DNA of 64,000 bases from the human T2T-CHM13v2.0 reference genome, Homo sapiens. Shown here piece after piece: positions 44,811 through 59,690 of the stretch; the first letter of the stretch is position 1; every line of letters begins with the position of its first letter. The notes under the pieces were generated by a model, which had not been told where the DNA came from, searched no databases, and saw only the letters and a list, made by a program, of their open reading frames with translations. The stretch lies in NCBI RefSeq assembly GCF_009914755.1, contig NC_060942.1; one strand, given 5' to 3'. Both the position numbers and the translations under genes were made by a program.

Positions 44811-46249
44811 GAGTCTTGTTGCTGTGAACTAGAGATAAGTACTGCTGCTTAGCCACAGGCAACAGAAAGAGACAGCCCAGGGAGGTGACCACTAGCCCCA
44901 CAATGGCTTGAAAAGGCCCTCACCTATAGGTTGAAGGGAAACAGCCTCGACCCTGCTGGGTGCTCAACCAATAACAGAGGTGTCATCTCTGCAGCATACA
45001 GTCCCTTCCTCTGAGCCTCTGGGGTTTCTCCCTGACCCAAGACTTGGAAAGCCTTGAACAGAAAAGCTGGCAACAGAATCTGAGCTTTCCTGAGACTGGC
45101 CAGCAGTAGGAGAACCCCTGGAAGTTTCTGGGCAGGAACAGCTCACCCTTTAGGTTAGTTTTAATATCAGGCTGGAACTGAACATATTCAAAGTCAAACC
45201 ATACAAACTCTTTATCTTTTTTTTTTTTTTTTTTTTTGGTATGGCATGTCCTAGGGCATGTAGGGAGAAATGGATACGTTTGTCCTCAAGGGTCCCACCC
45301 AGTGCTGCTGCCAACCCCATGCACATCTTTCAGGCCAGAGTCTGTCCTCGCCTGCAGGTGACTCCTGGGAATAGAGGCTGGATCCAGGGCTGGCTTTGGG
45401 CATGCCCAGCCAGAGAAATGTCACTTCATTTTAGACTTTGGATCAGAAGATATTTTGATGATCTGTTCATTTCAGTTTATTGCTTTAGGCAAAAATTTGT
45501 TCATCACTGATACATGCTATTAAGTATGAGTTGTTTGGGGGAAATCTTGTGGTACAGTTTATTATTTAGTTAGAAAAAATTATATGCTCTGGAATTTATT
45601 CAGATTTTACCAAATTCAGACAGACTTTCAGAGTTTAGTTAATTTCAGTTTGATTCCCAGTACATAGTACTACATACTTACATGTCTATAAACATTTAAT
45701 ACATTCTTTCTGATGATGACAGTGGAAAGGAAGTGTCAAAACTTCACTAAATTACTCCCTTCCCTTCTTCCCCTTAGCTAGAAAAGGGAATTACATTCAC
45801 CTTTTTTTTGAATTCTGGGTCTAGCAGGGTCCAGGCTGTGTTTCCCTTCAACCCATAAGTGAGGGCCCTTTCAAGCCATTGTGGGGCTGGCAGTCATGTA
45901 TACCACCTGAGAAAATCTTATACTGCTGACTTATTTGGCATGTTAATGACTGGAGTAAGGATTGGTGACAGGGTTGATAATGATTCCTCAGTTAGACCTT
46001 TATCTTTCTTCCTTTTGGATATTGCTATCATCCTGCATTATTATCTCTATGCTGCAGATGAGGAATCTGAACCCTCGAGAGGTTAGGTTCTCTACATGTT
46101 GTCACCAGCTAGCTTGGAGTAGAGTTTAGAATAAATTTCATATTTTCATTTCCTGGGTCCAGAACTCTGCCCACAGCCCCCACAGAGTCAGAAAATTCAG
46201 GACAGGGATGAAAGACCAAAATCTTCAAGGTGGGCCTGGCCCACAGTCA

Positions 46250-46588
<339 letters not shown>

Positions 46589-47257
46589 TTAGGTGGCTGG
46601 CTGATACCATTAACATGACATCCCTTTTGCTTGCAGCATTGCTAAAGTGACTCCCATTAAAATGTGCACCCAGATGTTGAAGCTGGATCACACTCCAGGC
46701 TGCTGTCAGTGAAATTAGTAAGAGTAAAAGAGCATCAATAGGAGATGACAGGAGAGTAGGGGGAGGCTGAGGTGGGAGGGCACTGAGAGGAAGCAAGGAT
46801 GCTGTCCTTCCTTGAAGAAGGGGCTTCAAACAGAACTCAGGGATGCCAGGAAGAGCCTGTGTTTACAAAAGCTTTATAATCTTACCCAATGATAGGAATG
46901 AAGCAATTGAATCAAAGGCTCTGGGGGTGGAGCCAAGAAATCTGTGAGTTAATAACCCCCCAGGTGATCCTGTTGCACACTCAAAGAACTACTGAGTTAG
47001 ATCGGAGATTTTCATATCTGGCTGTGCATTAAAATTACCGACACTGGGGTTGATAAAGGCTTTAAAAATCACCAGTGTCCAGGTACAGCTCTAGACTAAT
47101 TAGGCCAGAAACTCTGTGTGCAGCTGAGGACTCTCTGGGCTCTACTGGGCTAAAGGGATTAAGGAAGCTGTGTCATTACAGAAGACAGATGGCATTCAAA
47201 TTTCCAGAATCTTTCCCAGATGCCCACAAGGACCTGTCCATGGTCCTTAAAGTCTTA

Positions 47258-47422
<165 letters not shown>

Positions 47423-47581
47423 TCAGATGACCCCAGCATGACTGGCTGGACCTGAGGCCTTTCAAGCCTAGTCAGACCCAAACCTTTAATCCCTTTTCAA
47501 AATGACCAAATTTCTGAACTTCCACCAAATTTAGACTGTGCAATTATCATCCATTGGCCACCTTTGCACAGTGGGCATTTT

Positions 47582-47970
47582 AAAAAATTTTTTATTTCAA
47601 TAGCTTTTGGGGTACAGGTGGTTTTTGGTTACATGGGTGAGTTAGTAGTGAATTCTGAGATTCTGGTGCACCATCACCTGAGCTGTGTACTCTGTACCCA
47701 ATGTTGTCTTTTATCCCTCATCCCCTTCCCAACCTTCCCACAATGAGTCCCCACAGTCCATTATATCATTTTGTATGTTTTTGCATCCTCATAGCTTAGC
47801 TCTCTCTTATAAGTGAGAACATTCAGTATTTGGTTTCTCCATTCCTGAGTTACTTCACTTAGAATAATGGGCTCCAGCTCCATCTAAATTGTTGTATAAG
47901 ACATTATTTCATTCCTTTTTATGGCTGAGTAGTATTCCATGGTGTGTATATACACCATATTTTCTTTTTA
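47582..47970 (-). mobile_element. L1PB-like 3' end
   Basis: tttatttcaatagcttttggggtacaggtggtttttggttacatgg...tttatggctgagtagtattccatggtg. Confidence 0.8.
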
Positions 47971-47984
47971 TCTTTTAAAAAAAA

Positions 47985-48200
47985 TTTTTTATTACACTTT
48001 AAGTTCTGGGGTACACGTGCAGAACATGAGGTTTTTTTACATACGTATACATGTGCCATGGTGGCTTGCTGCACCCATCAACCCATCATCTACATTAGTT
48101 ATTTCTCCTAAGGCTATCCCTACCCTAACCCCCCACCCCCTGACAGGCCTCGGTGTATGATGTTCCTCTCCCTGTGTCCATGTGTTCTCACTGTTCAACT
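47985..48200 (-). mobile_element. L1PA (PA8-10-like) 3' end
   Basis: ttattacactttaagttctggggtacacgtgcagaacatg...ccctgtgtccatgtgttctcactgttcaact. Confidence 0.85.
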
Positions 48201-49089
48201 CACAGTGGGCACTTTTTTGGTGTGTGTTCTTTCACTGAGTTTTACAATAACCCTTTAGGGTGTGCATTTTTATTTCCAGTTTATGTTGAAAGAGATACCT
48301 TACTCAAAATCATCCGGGAGACAGTGGTGGAGCTCTAAGTCAATGCTGCACCACCTCCATACCCTCACAACTCTCTACATGGAGAGTCAGCCAGTGACAA
48401 AGCCACACTCTCTATGTTCCCTGGGGAAACATGGGATTTCCTTCAGGGATGGGACATGTGAGAATCTCTGGAGCATCTTCTCTGGATGACAGAGGAGGGA
48501 TGAATTTGAATGCCCCAACCCCCAGCTATTTCACATATATAATCAGTCCTGAGACTGCCTGCAGTGTCAGTCTGAAACTGAGGTGATCTCAGAGTCATCG
48601 CTATGTCTTCCTGCCTCAGGATGCACTGCATTGCCTTTAAGTCCCTGTACCCCAATAAGTCCCAGCTCTGGGCCCACCTCATGTAGAAAGTCTTCTGCTA
48701 TTCCTAGACTCACTACAGACTGGTTTAAGTATACAGAGAGATAGACAGACCTTGGTCCAGTGCCTAGCTCTGCCACTTACCACTGGGTGGCCTTGGGAAA
48801 ATTATGTAATGTTTCTGAGACTTGGTTTTCCAAATGTCAAAAAAGGACAGGTCTTAGTCCCTTCCTCGTAGGGCTGTTGTGAGGACTTAATGAGTTGATG
48901 ACTGTTGGATGCTCAAGAATTTGTCTAACACATAGAAAGGCCTCAGATAATAAAAGCAGTTGCCAAAGCCGATTAATTTCTTTGATCATGGTTCAGGAAT
49001 GATTGCAATCACATGCATTTGTAGGTTATGACCTAATTATATCATTATATATTATCTGCTTTATCCAACCTATTAAATAATTGATGTTA

Positions 49090-49320
49090 ATTAATGTTTA
49101 TTGAGTGCCACTTTGTCCCAAATGTTGTACATGTTCAACTTCATTAGACCTACAACTCTATAAGGCACATACTAATTTTATCCTCATTTTATAAATAGAG
49201 GAAACTAAGGCACAGAGGGGTTAAGCAACTTGCCCAATGTCACACAGCTAATAAATGGTGGAGTGGAGGTTTGAACCAATCAGACAAGCTTCAGAGTCTC
49301 CATGCTCTCTACCAGCACAT
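49090..49320 (-). mobile_element. MIR
   Basis: gaggaaactaaggcacagaggggttaagcaacttgcccaatgtcacacagcta. Confidence 0.8.
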
Positions 49321-49790
49321 TGTTGTAGTAGATATGAGCACCCCATGGTCAAGGGTTAGGTCCATTTATTCTTCAATAATGCTTGGCACTAGGCTCTGGA
49401 CCTGCAGGATTTTGAGCAAATATATGATGACTACTTGAGGGACTGACTGACTCCTCTCTAAACTCAACAGAATGGCTGGACAGTGGCGTGAGCAGATGGC
49501 TGGACCCAACACTAAACACCACCTTCTCTGAGTACCTGAGCAAAGGCTCCTGAACAACTCTACAATGCCTGGAGTGCCTCATACTGAGAGTATCATGGCT
49601 GAATTTCATTGAAAGTTGGGCAAAGCCATCTTGTCCCAGATTGTTATTGGGTGGAGTCAGGGCTACCTTCACCATTAGAACAGAAAAAGAAAGCTGGCTC
49701 AGAGAAAAAGAAAATTTTTAGAAGAAAAGGAACTGCCTTTCTCGATGGGGCTAATTGCTTGCATCCTATTGAGAGACAAAAGCATAATTA

Positions 49791-50491
<701 letters not shown>

Positions 50492-50836
50492 TCTTGGCCA
50501 TTTCTAAGAATCATTTTTTTTTCAGCATGTGTTACTCTGCAGTCACCATTAGTCTGGAAACTTCCAGAGGGTAGAGATGTGAGTCCTCTGCCTCTGGCTT
50601 ATACAGGAAGCCTTCAATCAATAGAGTTGATAGGATGGTTAGGGGATACTTTGAGGGTCAGAGGCTCAGCAGCCAGGAGCCCCATTCTGACTCCTCCTGG
50701 CTGGGAGGAGTTTTAGGGATGCATATTTCAGGGGAGCATCATAGAACTCTTGAAAGTTGACAAAATTCTTTCCCTTGACAAAAATGCATTGAGTGCCTAT
50801 AGGGGAGGGCACAAGACTGAATCAGAAGTGGCTACA

Positions 50837-51221
50837 CTCATTCCATTCTACTCCACTCTACTCCATTCCATTCTACTCCACTCCACTCCACTCCATTCCA
50901 ATACATTTCATTCCAATACATTCCATTCCAACCCATCCCATTCCATTCCATTCCAATCCACTCCACTCCATTCTACTCCACTCCACTCCATTCTACTTCA
51001 ATGCATTCCATTCCATTTCAATACATTCCATTCCATTCCAACCCATCACATTCCATTCCATTCCACTCCACTCCATTCCATTCCACTCTACTCCATTCCA
51101 TTCCATTTTATTCCAACCCATCCCATTTCATTCCAATCTATTCCATTCCAATCATCCCAATTCAGTTCATTCCACTCCATTCCAATTCATTCCATTTGAT
51201 TCCAATCCATTCCATTTCATT
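50837..51221. repeat. (CATTC/CACTC)n pentamer tract, HSat3-like; (GGAAT)n on the gene strand
   Basis: Read directly; 5-bp periodicity over about 385 bp. Confidence 0.95.
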
Positions 51222-51449
51222 TCTGACAATAACTCAGTCCTAAGCTGTGTGCTTTATACTGCCTTACACTAGATATGTGAGACTATGCCCCCTTTACCTC
51301 CCCAGTCTTGCCACAGAGGAATGAGAGGGCAATACAATAGACTGTCAAGGGAGGAAGTTCCCAGAGCCCACAGGGGAGGGAAGGAAGATGGAGACTTAGG
51401 GTTAGGGAGAGGCAGAGGGGAGGGGTGCTGGAGAAAGAAATCAGCTCTA

Positions 51450-51710
<261 letters not shown>

Positions 51711-52338
51711 CTATGGGGTCCCAAACTCTCCCCTGTCTGCCCCTGACAGCATTGCCCTGCTATTCTACCCAGCCTGGGAATCACTCCATTAGTCATTTGC
51801 CTGGGGTAGAGAACAAACTTGGGGACATTGGCTCTAGACACTCCATTGAAAATTGTTATGTGACCTGCCTGGAGCACACAGAGCCTCAATCAGGGTCATA
51901 TTGGATGGAAGTATCTAGAAGGAGAGGGACATACGGGGACCTTTCCAACCCTTTCCAGAATGAATCTGCTAGCCAGGGCTACTTTAGTAGAGAGGGTTGT
52001 ACATAGTAGGTGCACAATACATAAGTGTTGAACTAATGGATTTTAATGGAATGAGCCAATTATGTATGCTTTCAGAAGGTACAGAGAGTATGGCTGAGGA
52101 GCTGGCATAGAAGACTGCTGGGGCCATCTAGGAAAGGGAGGTCCAAGTCAGACCCCTCAGCATGGAGGTAACACCCAGCACAAGGGAGGTGCCTGGACAG
52201 AGTGAAGGTAGGGCCAGGGATGGGAGGCACAGTGGGGTAATTAAGGACTCTCCCCTGGGTCAGACTGTCCAGGTTTAAATTTTGGCTCTACCACTAATAC
52301 TTGTGCAATCTTGAGTAAGTGTCCTTATCTCTCTGTGC

Positions 52339-52503
52339 TAGGGTTGCCAGATTTAGCCAATAGTTACAAAATCCCTATTAAATTTGGATTTTAGATAAAC
52401 AATGCATAACGTTTTAAGTGTGTCCTATCTAATATTTGAGTCATGCTTATACAAAAACATTATTCATTGCTTATCTGAAATTCAAACTTAACTGGCAACC
52501 CTA
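52339..52503. mobile_element. MER53 palindromic hAT MITE nested in a MIR
   Basis: TIRs tagggttgccag / ctggcaacccta; perfect 8-bp TSD ctctgtgc. Confidence 0.88.
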
Positions 52504-54857
52504 CTCTGTGCCTCAGTGTACCATAAAATAAGCATAATATTGCCTATTTCATAGGGTGTTGTGAGGATTACATGTGTTAACTTTATAAAATGCTTATAAA
52601 AATGCCTGGCTCAATGTAGGCTCTCAGTAAGCATTGCTACTGCTATTGTCGCTCTTGTAATTTCCCTTCCCTTTCATTCTCCTTGGCCCATGCCTGGGAT
52701 CTCTGGACGCTGTGGTCTGGGAATATCCTCTCTGGGTGCTAAGCTCCCAGAATAACACAAAGGGTCTCAGAATTCAGCCTGTCTCTAAGTTGGGGCCATT
52801 CCACCCTCTTTATGTCCCTTCCCCACCCCTGCCCTGATGCACAAGGGCCACTCAGGGACTGCTCAAAGTCTGGAGAGGTAGGGGCAGTGCAGGCCAAAGG
52901 TCCCATCCCTGTCTGAGTCCCACATTTTGCTAGAGTCTTCATTGCCTCCAAGTATCAAAATGTTAGAGGAGCAGAACCAGAGAGCGAGATCTCAGTCAAT
53001 GGGCTCAGATGGGGTGCTGAGGGGGGCAACGTTACACTGATGGCATGGATTTAAAGGAGCTCGACCTGGGGCAATATGAACTAAGCTACCATTAAATTAG
53101 TGTTTCAGAGAAAAATGCACACTGTTCTGCTTCTTAGCCTTTAAATGTATGAATAGGAAAGTTAACATTTTATCCAATCAAATAACTTATGAATAATAGG
53201 CTATAGTTATAAATTATGGCCAATTAAGGAAGAGAGACAGAAATAAAGAAAGAGCTGGGGTCAGAGCAGAGGTGGAGACAGAGTGTGTAGGAAGTTGGCA
53301 GAGGACAAGGACAGAACGAGACACACACAAAGAAAGAGCCAGGGAGGGAGAGAAAAAAAGTCAAAGAGACAGAAAAGGTACAAGCCCTCCCATGCATACA
53401 AAGAGAAAATGCACACAGAGTCTGGATTTCCTGGAGCAAAATCTCCATTGTCCTTGAGATACTTGCATCATGACTTTAAAGCCCCTCAGCATGCTCACTA
53501 CTGCAGAGAGCAGCACGTCTCCTCTCAGAACCTGCTCCTTGTACCGACAGAACCAAAGCAGGAGTCAGGTATGGCCTGAGCGCTGGGCGTTCAGCTTCTA
53601 TCCCCACAGTGCCAACAAGCACACATGAAGATTTAGGACACCAGGCCTACTGACCCCTGCCTCTTCCTCCTCCAGGAATACATCCTGGTCAACCAGGCTT
53701 CTGGATACCAGGGAGGGGACCAGGCAGGGGTTTTTTAGTGAATAAAGGAGATGAGAGGAATGCAGGTGTTCTAAGGCAGATAAGCTCACCACACTCCTAA
53801 ACAAGGATGATGGAAGGAAAGAGTAAGGGCTTCTGTAAGCAGGAGGTTGAAACTGAGCATCGAACCAAAAGCTCGAAACTGTTAAAAGTATAAACTCCAC
53901 TTGAAAGTAAAAAATGGAATGAGATTGCAAAATTGAGTGTTGTACAATATAAATAATTTCATACAGAATTTTCCATTTTGTTTATAAGCTAAAGTCTGGA
54001 CAACATCAAGTATGAGTAAATCCTGGCAGAGTGGTGTAATGACAAAAGCATGGATCTGGAACTCAGGAATTCTGAATTTGTTTCCCTCCTCTGCCCCTAA
54101 CAAGCTGTGAGATCCTAGGGATTAAACTGTACCACCCAGAAGGCTGGGTGAGATGACCTGGAAGGTCTTTTCTGTCTCAACATTCTGGGACCTCTAGGAT
54201 CCCTGGAGGAATGGGAGATTCCAGAGGACAACTCTTTATTAGATAAAATTTAAGGGAAAAAAATTTAATAACTTTTTGTTCAACCCTTTCTGGAAATCCC
54301 ACCCAACATATTTGCCACATGAAACAATATTCAAGAATGGTATCTGTCTTTAATTATTAAGGATCTTATAGGACCCCCCAGGCCATCAATTAAAACATAA
54401 ATCTTTGTTTCAGGGCTGGGAACAGAGGTAGAGAAAACATAAAATATCACATCAAATGTGGATGAAACCCAGGACACTAAACATATTCCCAGCTTTTTTT
54501 GGCATTTGCCTCTTTGTCTTTGAAATTGAGTGCATTAGACTTTATTGCAGATCTTAAAAATGCAGCTAGTTAGAGTATTGAAAGAAAAAGGAAAGTAGCA
54601 CAATCTCATTTAATCAACAAGCCAATAAATGTGGACAAGGTGACAAAGTAGCAGAGCCAATGATTAAGTGACTTAACAAAGATACCCTAATTAAAGACAA
54701 CGTACTCCCAAATATCCCACCATTTCTGTCATGTGTTCTGAAACCCAAATATTAGAGGCTCATAGCTTTGGATGCTGAAGAACACTGAATTTTTAGGTTA
54801 TTTGTTAATATACATGGAATCCCTGGGCTGTAAGGGATTTTTAAGAGTCAGCGTGTG

Positions 54858-55165
<308 letters not shown>

Positions 55166-55653
55166 AAGAGTCAGCGTGTGATCTGTCAAATCAGTTTTCC
55201 ACTATAAGGACGATCACAGAAGCATATGTTGAGGAAAAGCTTCCATCAACCAGGGTCCCTGAGTGAACATGCTGAGCAAAGTCCCCTGATACCCTACATC
55301 AGACATATAAGTGAGAAATAAATGTTTGTTGTGTTAGGCCACTGGCATTTTAGGCCTGTTTGTTACTTAGCAGAACCTAGCCTATTCTGACTGATACAAC
55401 TTGAGCATTATTCTCAAATAAATGGTAATTGAAGTGATAAGGATGGAAGAGGTTGCTCAGGGAGTATATTTGTCTGTTCCTCCTGCTGGGAAAACTATGA
55501 CCCCATGAATGCAGAGTCTGCTTACTCATTGTTGTATCCACATCCCCTGGCATACAAGGCACTCATAATATCAATAGAATTGAAAGCCATTGTCTCCTCT
55601 GGGGGTAAACCTTTCTCATCCCCTTCTTCAAAATTCCTGAGATAACTCCTAAA

Positions 55654-55654
<1 letters not shown>

Positions 55655-55686
<32 letters not shown>

Positions 55687-55968
55687 GAGACAGAGTCTCG
55701 CTCTGTCTCCCAGACTGGAGTGCAGTGGCGCAATCTCGGCTCACTGCAAGCTCCACCTCCTGGGTTGACGCCATTCTCCTGCCTCAGCCTCCCAAGCAGC
55801 TGGGTCTACAGGCACTCACCACCACGTCTGGCTAATTTTTTGTATTTTTTAGTAGATACGGGGTTTCACCGTGTTAGCCAGGATGGTCTCGATCTCCTGA
55901 CCTTGTGATCCACCCACCCTGGCCTCCCGAAGTGCTGGGATTATAGGCATGAGCCACCACACCCGGCC
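55655..55968 (-). mobile_element. AluY (CpG-decayed)
   Basis: ctgcaagctcc, cgtgttagccaggatggtctcgatctcc; TSD aactcctaa. Confidence 0.92.
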
Positions 55969-56256
55969 AACTCCTAAGTTCCTTAATTAGCCACCACTCT
56001 TTCCTTGAAGATGCACGTTCTTTATTCTAGCATTCTTTTGCCTAAGATGGTGCCAACCCTTAGACTCCAGGAATTGTCTGAGCAGCACAAAGGAGGGAAG
56101 GAAAAACTAGCCTCTTCTTATTCTAAATATGACATCACTATTAATAAAAAAAATCAATCTAGTGCCTTTGTAAACTGTCATTTTTTTTCAGAGTGGCCAA
56201 GGAGCAGGGCCTCTCAAGCTAGAGAAGGCAGGAGGAGTTCAAACATAAAATTTTCT

Positions 56257-56298
56257 GATATCACAATCTTGTAAAAAGATATCACAATCTTGTAAAAA
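56257..56298. repeat. Perfect 21-bp tandem duplication
   Basis: gatatcacaatcttgtaaaaa twice. Confidence 0.95.
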
Positions 56299-56400
56299 GA
56301 GTAGTCCTTTACCAAAGGGATGTGAGGCTGTGTGCAGAGCCCAGGTTGACCCAAGGGAGACCTCAGATCCCGGGACACCCCATTAAAATCCATCTAAAAA

Positions 56401-56790
56401 GGTGGTACGTACATACAATGAAATATTATTCAGCCTTAAAAAGGAAGGACATCCTGTCATGTACTACAACACGGATGAAGCTTGAGGACAACACACTAAG
56501 TGAAACAAGCTAGACACAAAAAGACAAATTCTGTAGGATTCCATTTCTATGAGGTCCCTAGAGTACTCAAAGTCATAGAGACAAAAAGTGGAATGGTGGT
56601 TACCAGGGGCTGGGAGGAGGTGGAAAAGGGAAGTAATTGTTTAATGGGTATAGTTTCAGTCATGCAAGATGAAAAAAATCTGGAGATCTGATACACAACA
56701 ATGTGAATATACTTAACACTATTGAACTGTACACTTAAAAATGGTTAAGGTAATAAATTGTATGTCATGTGTTTTCTTACACAATTTTTT
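56401..56790 (+). mobile_element. L1MA/MB 3' end
   Basis: caatgaaatattattcagccttaaaaaggaagg...ctattgaactgtacacttaaaaatggttaag. Confidence 0.85.
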
Positions 56791-58129
56791 TTTTAAATCC
56801 AACTCACTTGAGGCAGTAAAAAAACAAAACAAAACAAAACATTCACAGCCCACAGCTGCAAACTAGCATTAAACAGGCTTTCTCATGCAATCTTAATCAC
56901 TTTTTGCCAGCCTGGGACTCCTATAAAGGACCTCAAATATCTTCCATTTAGAAACAAGAGCATTTTCTTTTTGGCAATTGAATTGCAGATCAATAAACCT
57001 GCACCCCCAACCCCCTCCTCCTTGTGTTTCCACCATCTTAGGCTTCTCTGCTCTCCAAACAGCCTCTGAGGCTAGGAGGGCTAGGAGTGGTTCTGCTGAG
57101 ACCCGGACTGCCATCTACCAACTGGACAGCACAGCCCCTGGACCACACAGAGCTCTCCCTTGGGGTGACTTCGCAGGGAGCCAAGGCCTCCACAGCTTTA
57201 TATCTTCTCCCAATCCTTTCGGTTCAGGCCAGCATCTCCCACCAGTGCCTGACCCCAGCTGGCATTCTCTTGCTTCTGTCTTTTCCTCCCTGTAAAATCT
57301 GGCCAACCAAAAGCCTGGGTGTGTTTTCAAGCTCCTCAGCATGGCTTTGGATGCCCTCATCTGCTCCTCTCCAGCCTCCCTTTCCGTTTTTCCTGTTTCC
57401 CACCCCTTCATGTCCCTTATGCACCAAATAGAATTACTCATTCCTTTCTGTGTGTGCCCCTCAATTGCCCAATTCTGTGCCACCTGCATCACATTTTTTC
57501 AACCATTTCTAATGTTCTTTTTCCCAAGCACCAAACAAGGCTGCTGCTCATGAAGGCCCATCTCAGATGCCATCTGGCCCCAAAGATGTCCCCACCCATG
57601 ACTCCCTCCTCTGAGGTCAACCCTGAGACAACCACCACTGTCACTGTGCCTTGTAGTCACCTGTGTTTTATCTCCTTCACTTGGTAACAGTGTTAGCTCC
57701 TTAAGAATAATCCCACGCATTCCTGCAGCCTTTCCCAGCTGTCAAGCCACTTTTCCATGTTAACTAATTGGACTCTCATTGCCAAGGGGAAAGAACTACT
57801 GCTGTGTTGCACTGGGATCAGGCAGGGTGCTGGGCGCCTAAACACATTTTCTCATCTAGTCCTCATGATGATTTCCTGGGTGAGGTTTATTATGCCCGTT
57901 GTACAGATGGAAGGCCTGAGGCTCAGAGGAGTAAAGTGCCTTTCCCAAGGCCACATAACAGTGGAAGAGAAAGTACTTAAACCTAAATCATCAGCCTCCT
58001 AGACCATCAGGGTTCCTTTCTTCAAAAACAGAGTCATAACTGAGCAGCTAGTTAACCCCCAGCACTTAGCACAGCATGTGTTTGTCAAATTAATGAATAA
58101 ATCAACATATTAACCATCATTTTTACTCA

Positions 58130-58860
58130 TTAGTGTATTTAATAAGTATTTATGGTATGCCTGTAGTGTGCCAGACATTCTTCTACGTGCTGGGGTGGAC
58201 ACAGCAGTAAATGAAACAGATGAGGCCATTAACGACATGGAACTTACATTCTATTGTGGGGAGATGAGCAGCACCTAAATACACAAGCTTTTTGTAGGTC
58301 AGATGATAAGCTGATATAGAGAAAAATAAACAGACAAGAGAAATGAGGGGAAGAGGGTACGCTAGGCCTCACTGAGAAGGTGACATTTGAGCAGAGGCCT
58401 GCCTGAAGAAAGCATGACAGGGAGCCACTGGGGGAAGGACTGCTAGGGAGCGTGGACAGCAAATGCAAAGGCCTTGAGGTGGGACCATGTCTGTTGGGTT
58501 CAAGGAACAGCAAGGAGTGAGCAAGGGGGAATCAGAATAGAGAGATGAGGGGCATAGAGCAGACCTGCGGGCTGAGCTGACCACCAAACATGCTTTGGCT
58601 TTGACTCTGAGTGACCAGGAGCTTCTGCAGGATTTGGAGCAGAGGAGTGGTGTGATCCTGGTCACTGGGCTGCTGTAGGCAATAGGAGGGCCTTGGGCAA
58701 GCATGGATCAGGTCAGGAAGCTTCGATCAGGGGGTGGGGATGGTGAAGATAGAAGGGATGAGGTCAGACTCATGCTCTTCTGATGGAAGGCCCAACAGGT
58801 TCTGCCAATGGGCTGGGGACAGGGCATGAGTGGCAGAGAGGCATCCAAGAGGTCTAGTCA
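58130..58860 (-). mobile_element. L2 (L2a-like) fragment
   Basis: aataagtatttat...gtgccagac...ggcctcactgagaaggtgacatttgagcagag...aaatgcaaaggccttgagg. Confidence 0.75.
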
Positions 58861-59309
58861 TGGAGGATGTTGACTGGACATGTCAACAGTGAGGGAGATG
58901 TCAGTGTTCTCAAATCCTTTTGGCTGCAAAGGCCTTATTTCAGAGCTCATAAAGGTCATGGAGAGCCTAGGGAAGGCCCTAGGTATTGACAGAAAAGGTG
59001 GTATCTCTCCAAGAAAGGGGAGATTCACTATTCTGATTCGGTTTCTTCTGAACTTCTATAATTTTTTGTCTAGCTCCCACAGTAGGCTTTGCATAGAGTT
59101 GCTCTTGGCTTGAAGATTGTTAAGGCCAGCTCATCACAGAGCCCTGGCAGACTGCTACTTCAATAGCAAAGGAAGCAAAGGACTGTCAACTAGCCATGCC
59201 AACAGAAAGAGATGGGGAGGGAAGAGGAGATGAGGGAAGGGGAGAGTGGAGGGAGGAAGAAAGAAGAGAAAGGGAGGGGGGAAAAGAAGAGTAATGAGAA
59301 GACTCTATT

Positions 59310-59690
59310 CACAAGAGCAATAAAATATAATATACCTGGGCATAAACTTAACAAGAATGTGTAGCAGTTATGTGTAGGAAATTGTAAAGCATTACTGAGG
59401 TACATAAACAGCTGGATAAATGGAAAAGTGTACCGGAGGGTAGCACTTATTCTAAATATGCAATTCTCTACACATACACTTAATGGCATAACAATCAAAA
59501 TTCCAAGAGGATTTTTTTTTCAAGTCACTTAATGTCTTGATTTGAAAAAGGCAAGAATAGCTAATATTTTTAAAGAATAATGAAGGGGGACAAGTACTGA
59601 CAGGCATTACTATAGATTGTAAAGCTATAATAATGTTTAAATTGTTGGGCTAGCCGAGAAATGCCAAATCAGTGGCAGAGAATTACTAAC
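59310..59690 (+). mobile_element. Old L1M ORF2-derived fragment
   Basis: aatatacctgggcataaacttaacaagaatgtg...acaatcaaaattccaagagg; degraded. Confidence 0.55.

Noticed and set aside
50750-51272. 149- and 159-aa His/Ser/Ile/Pro/Phe ORFs
   Set aside because: Translation of a (CATTC)n simple repeat
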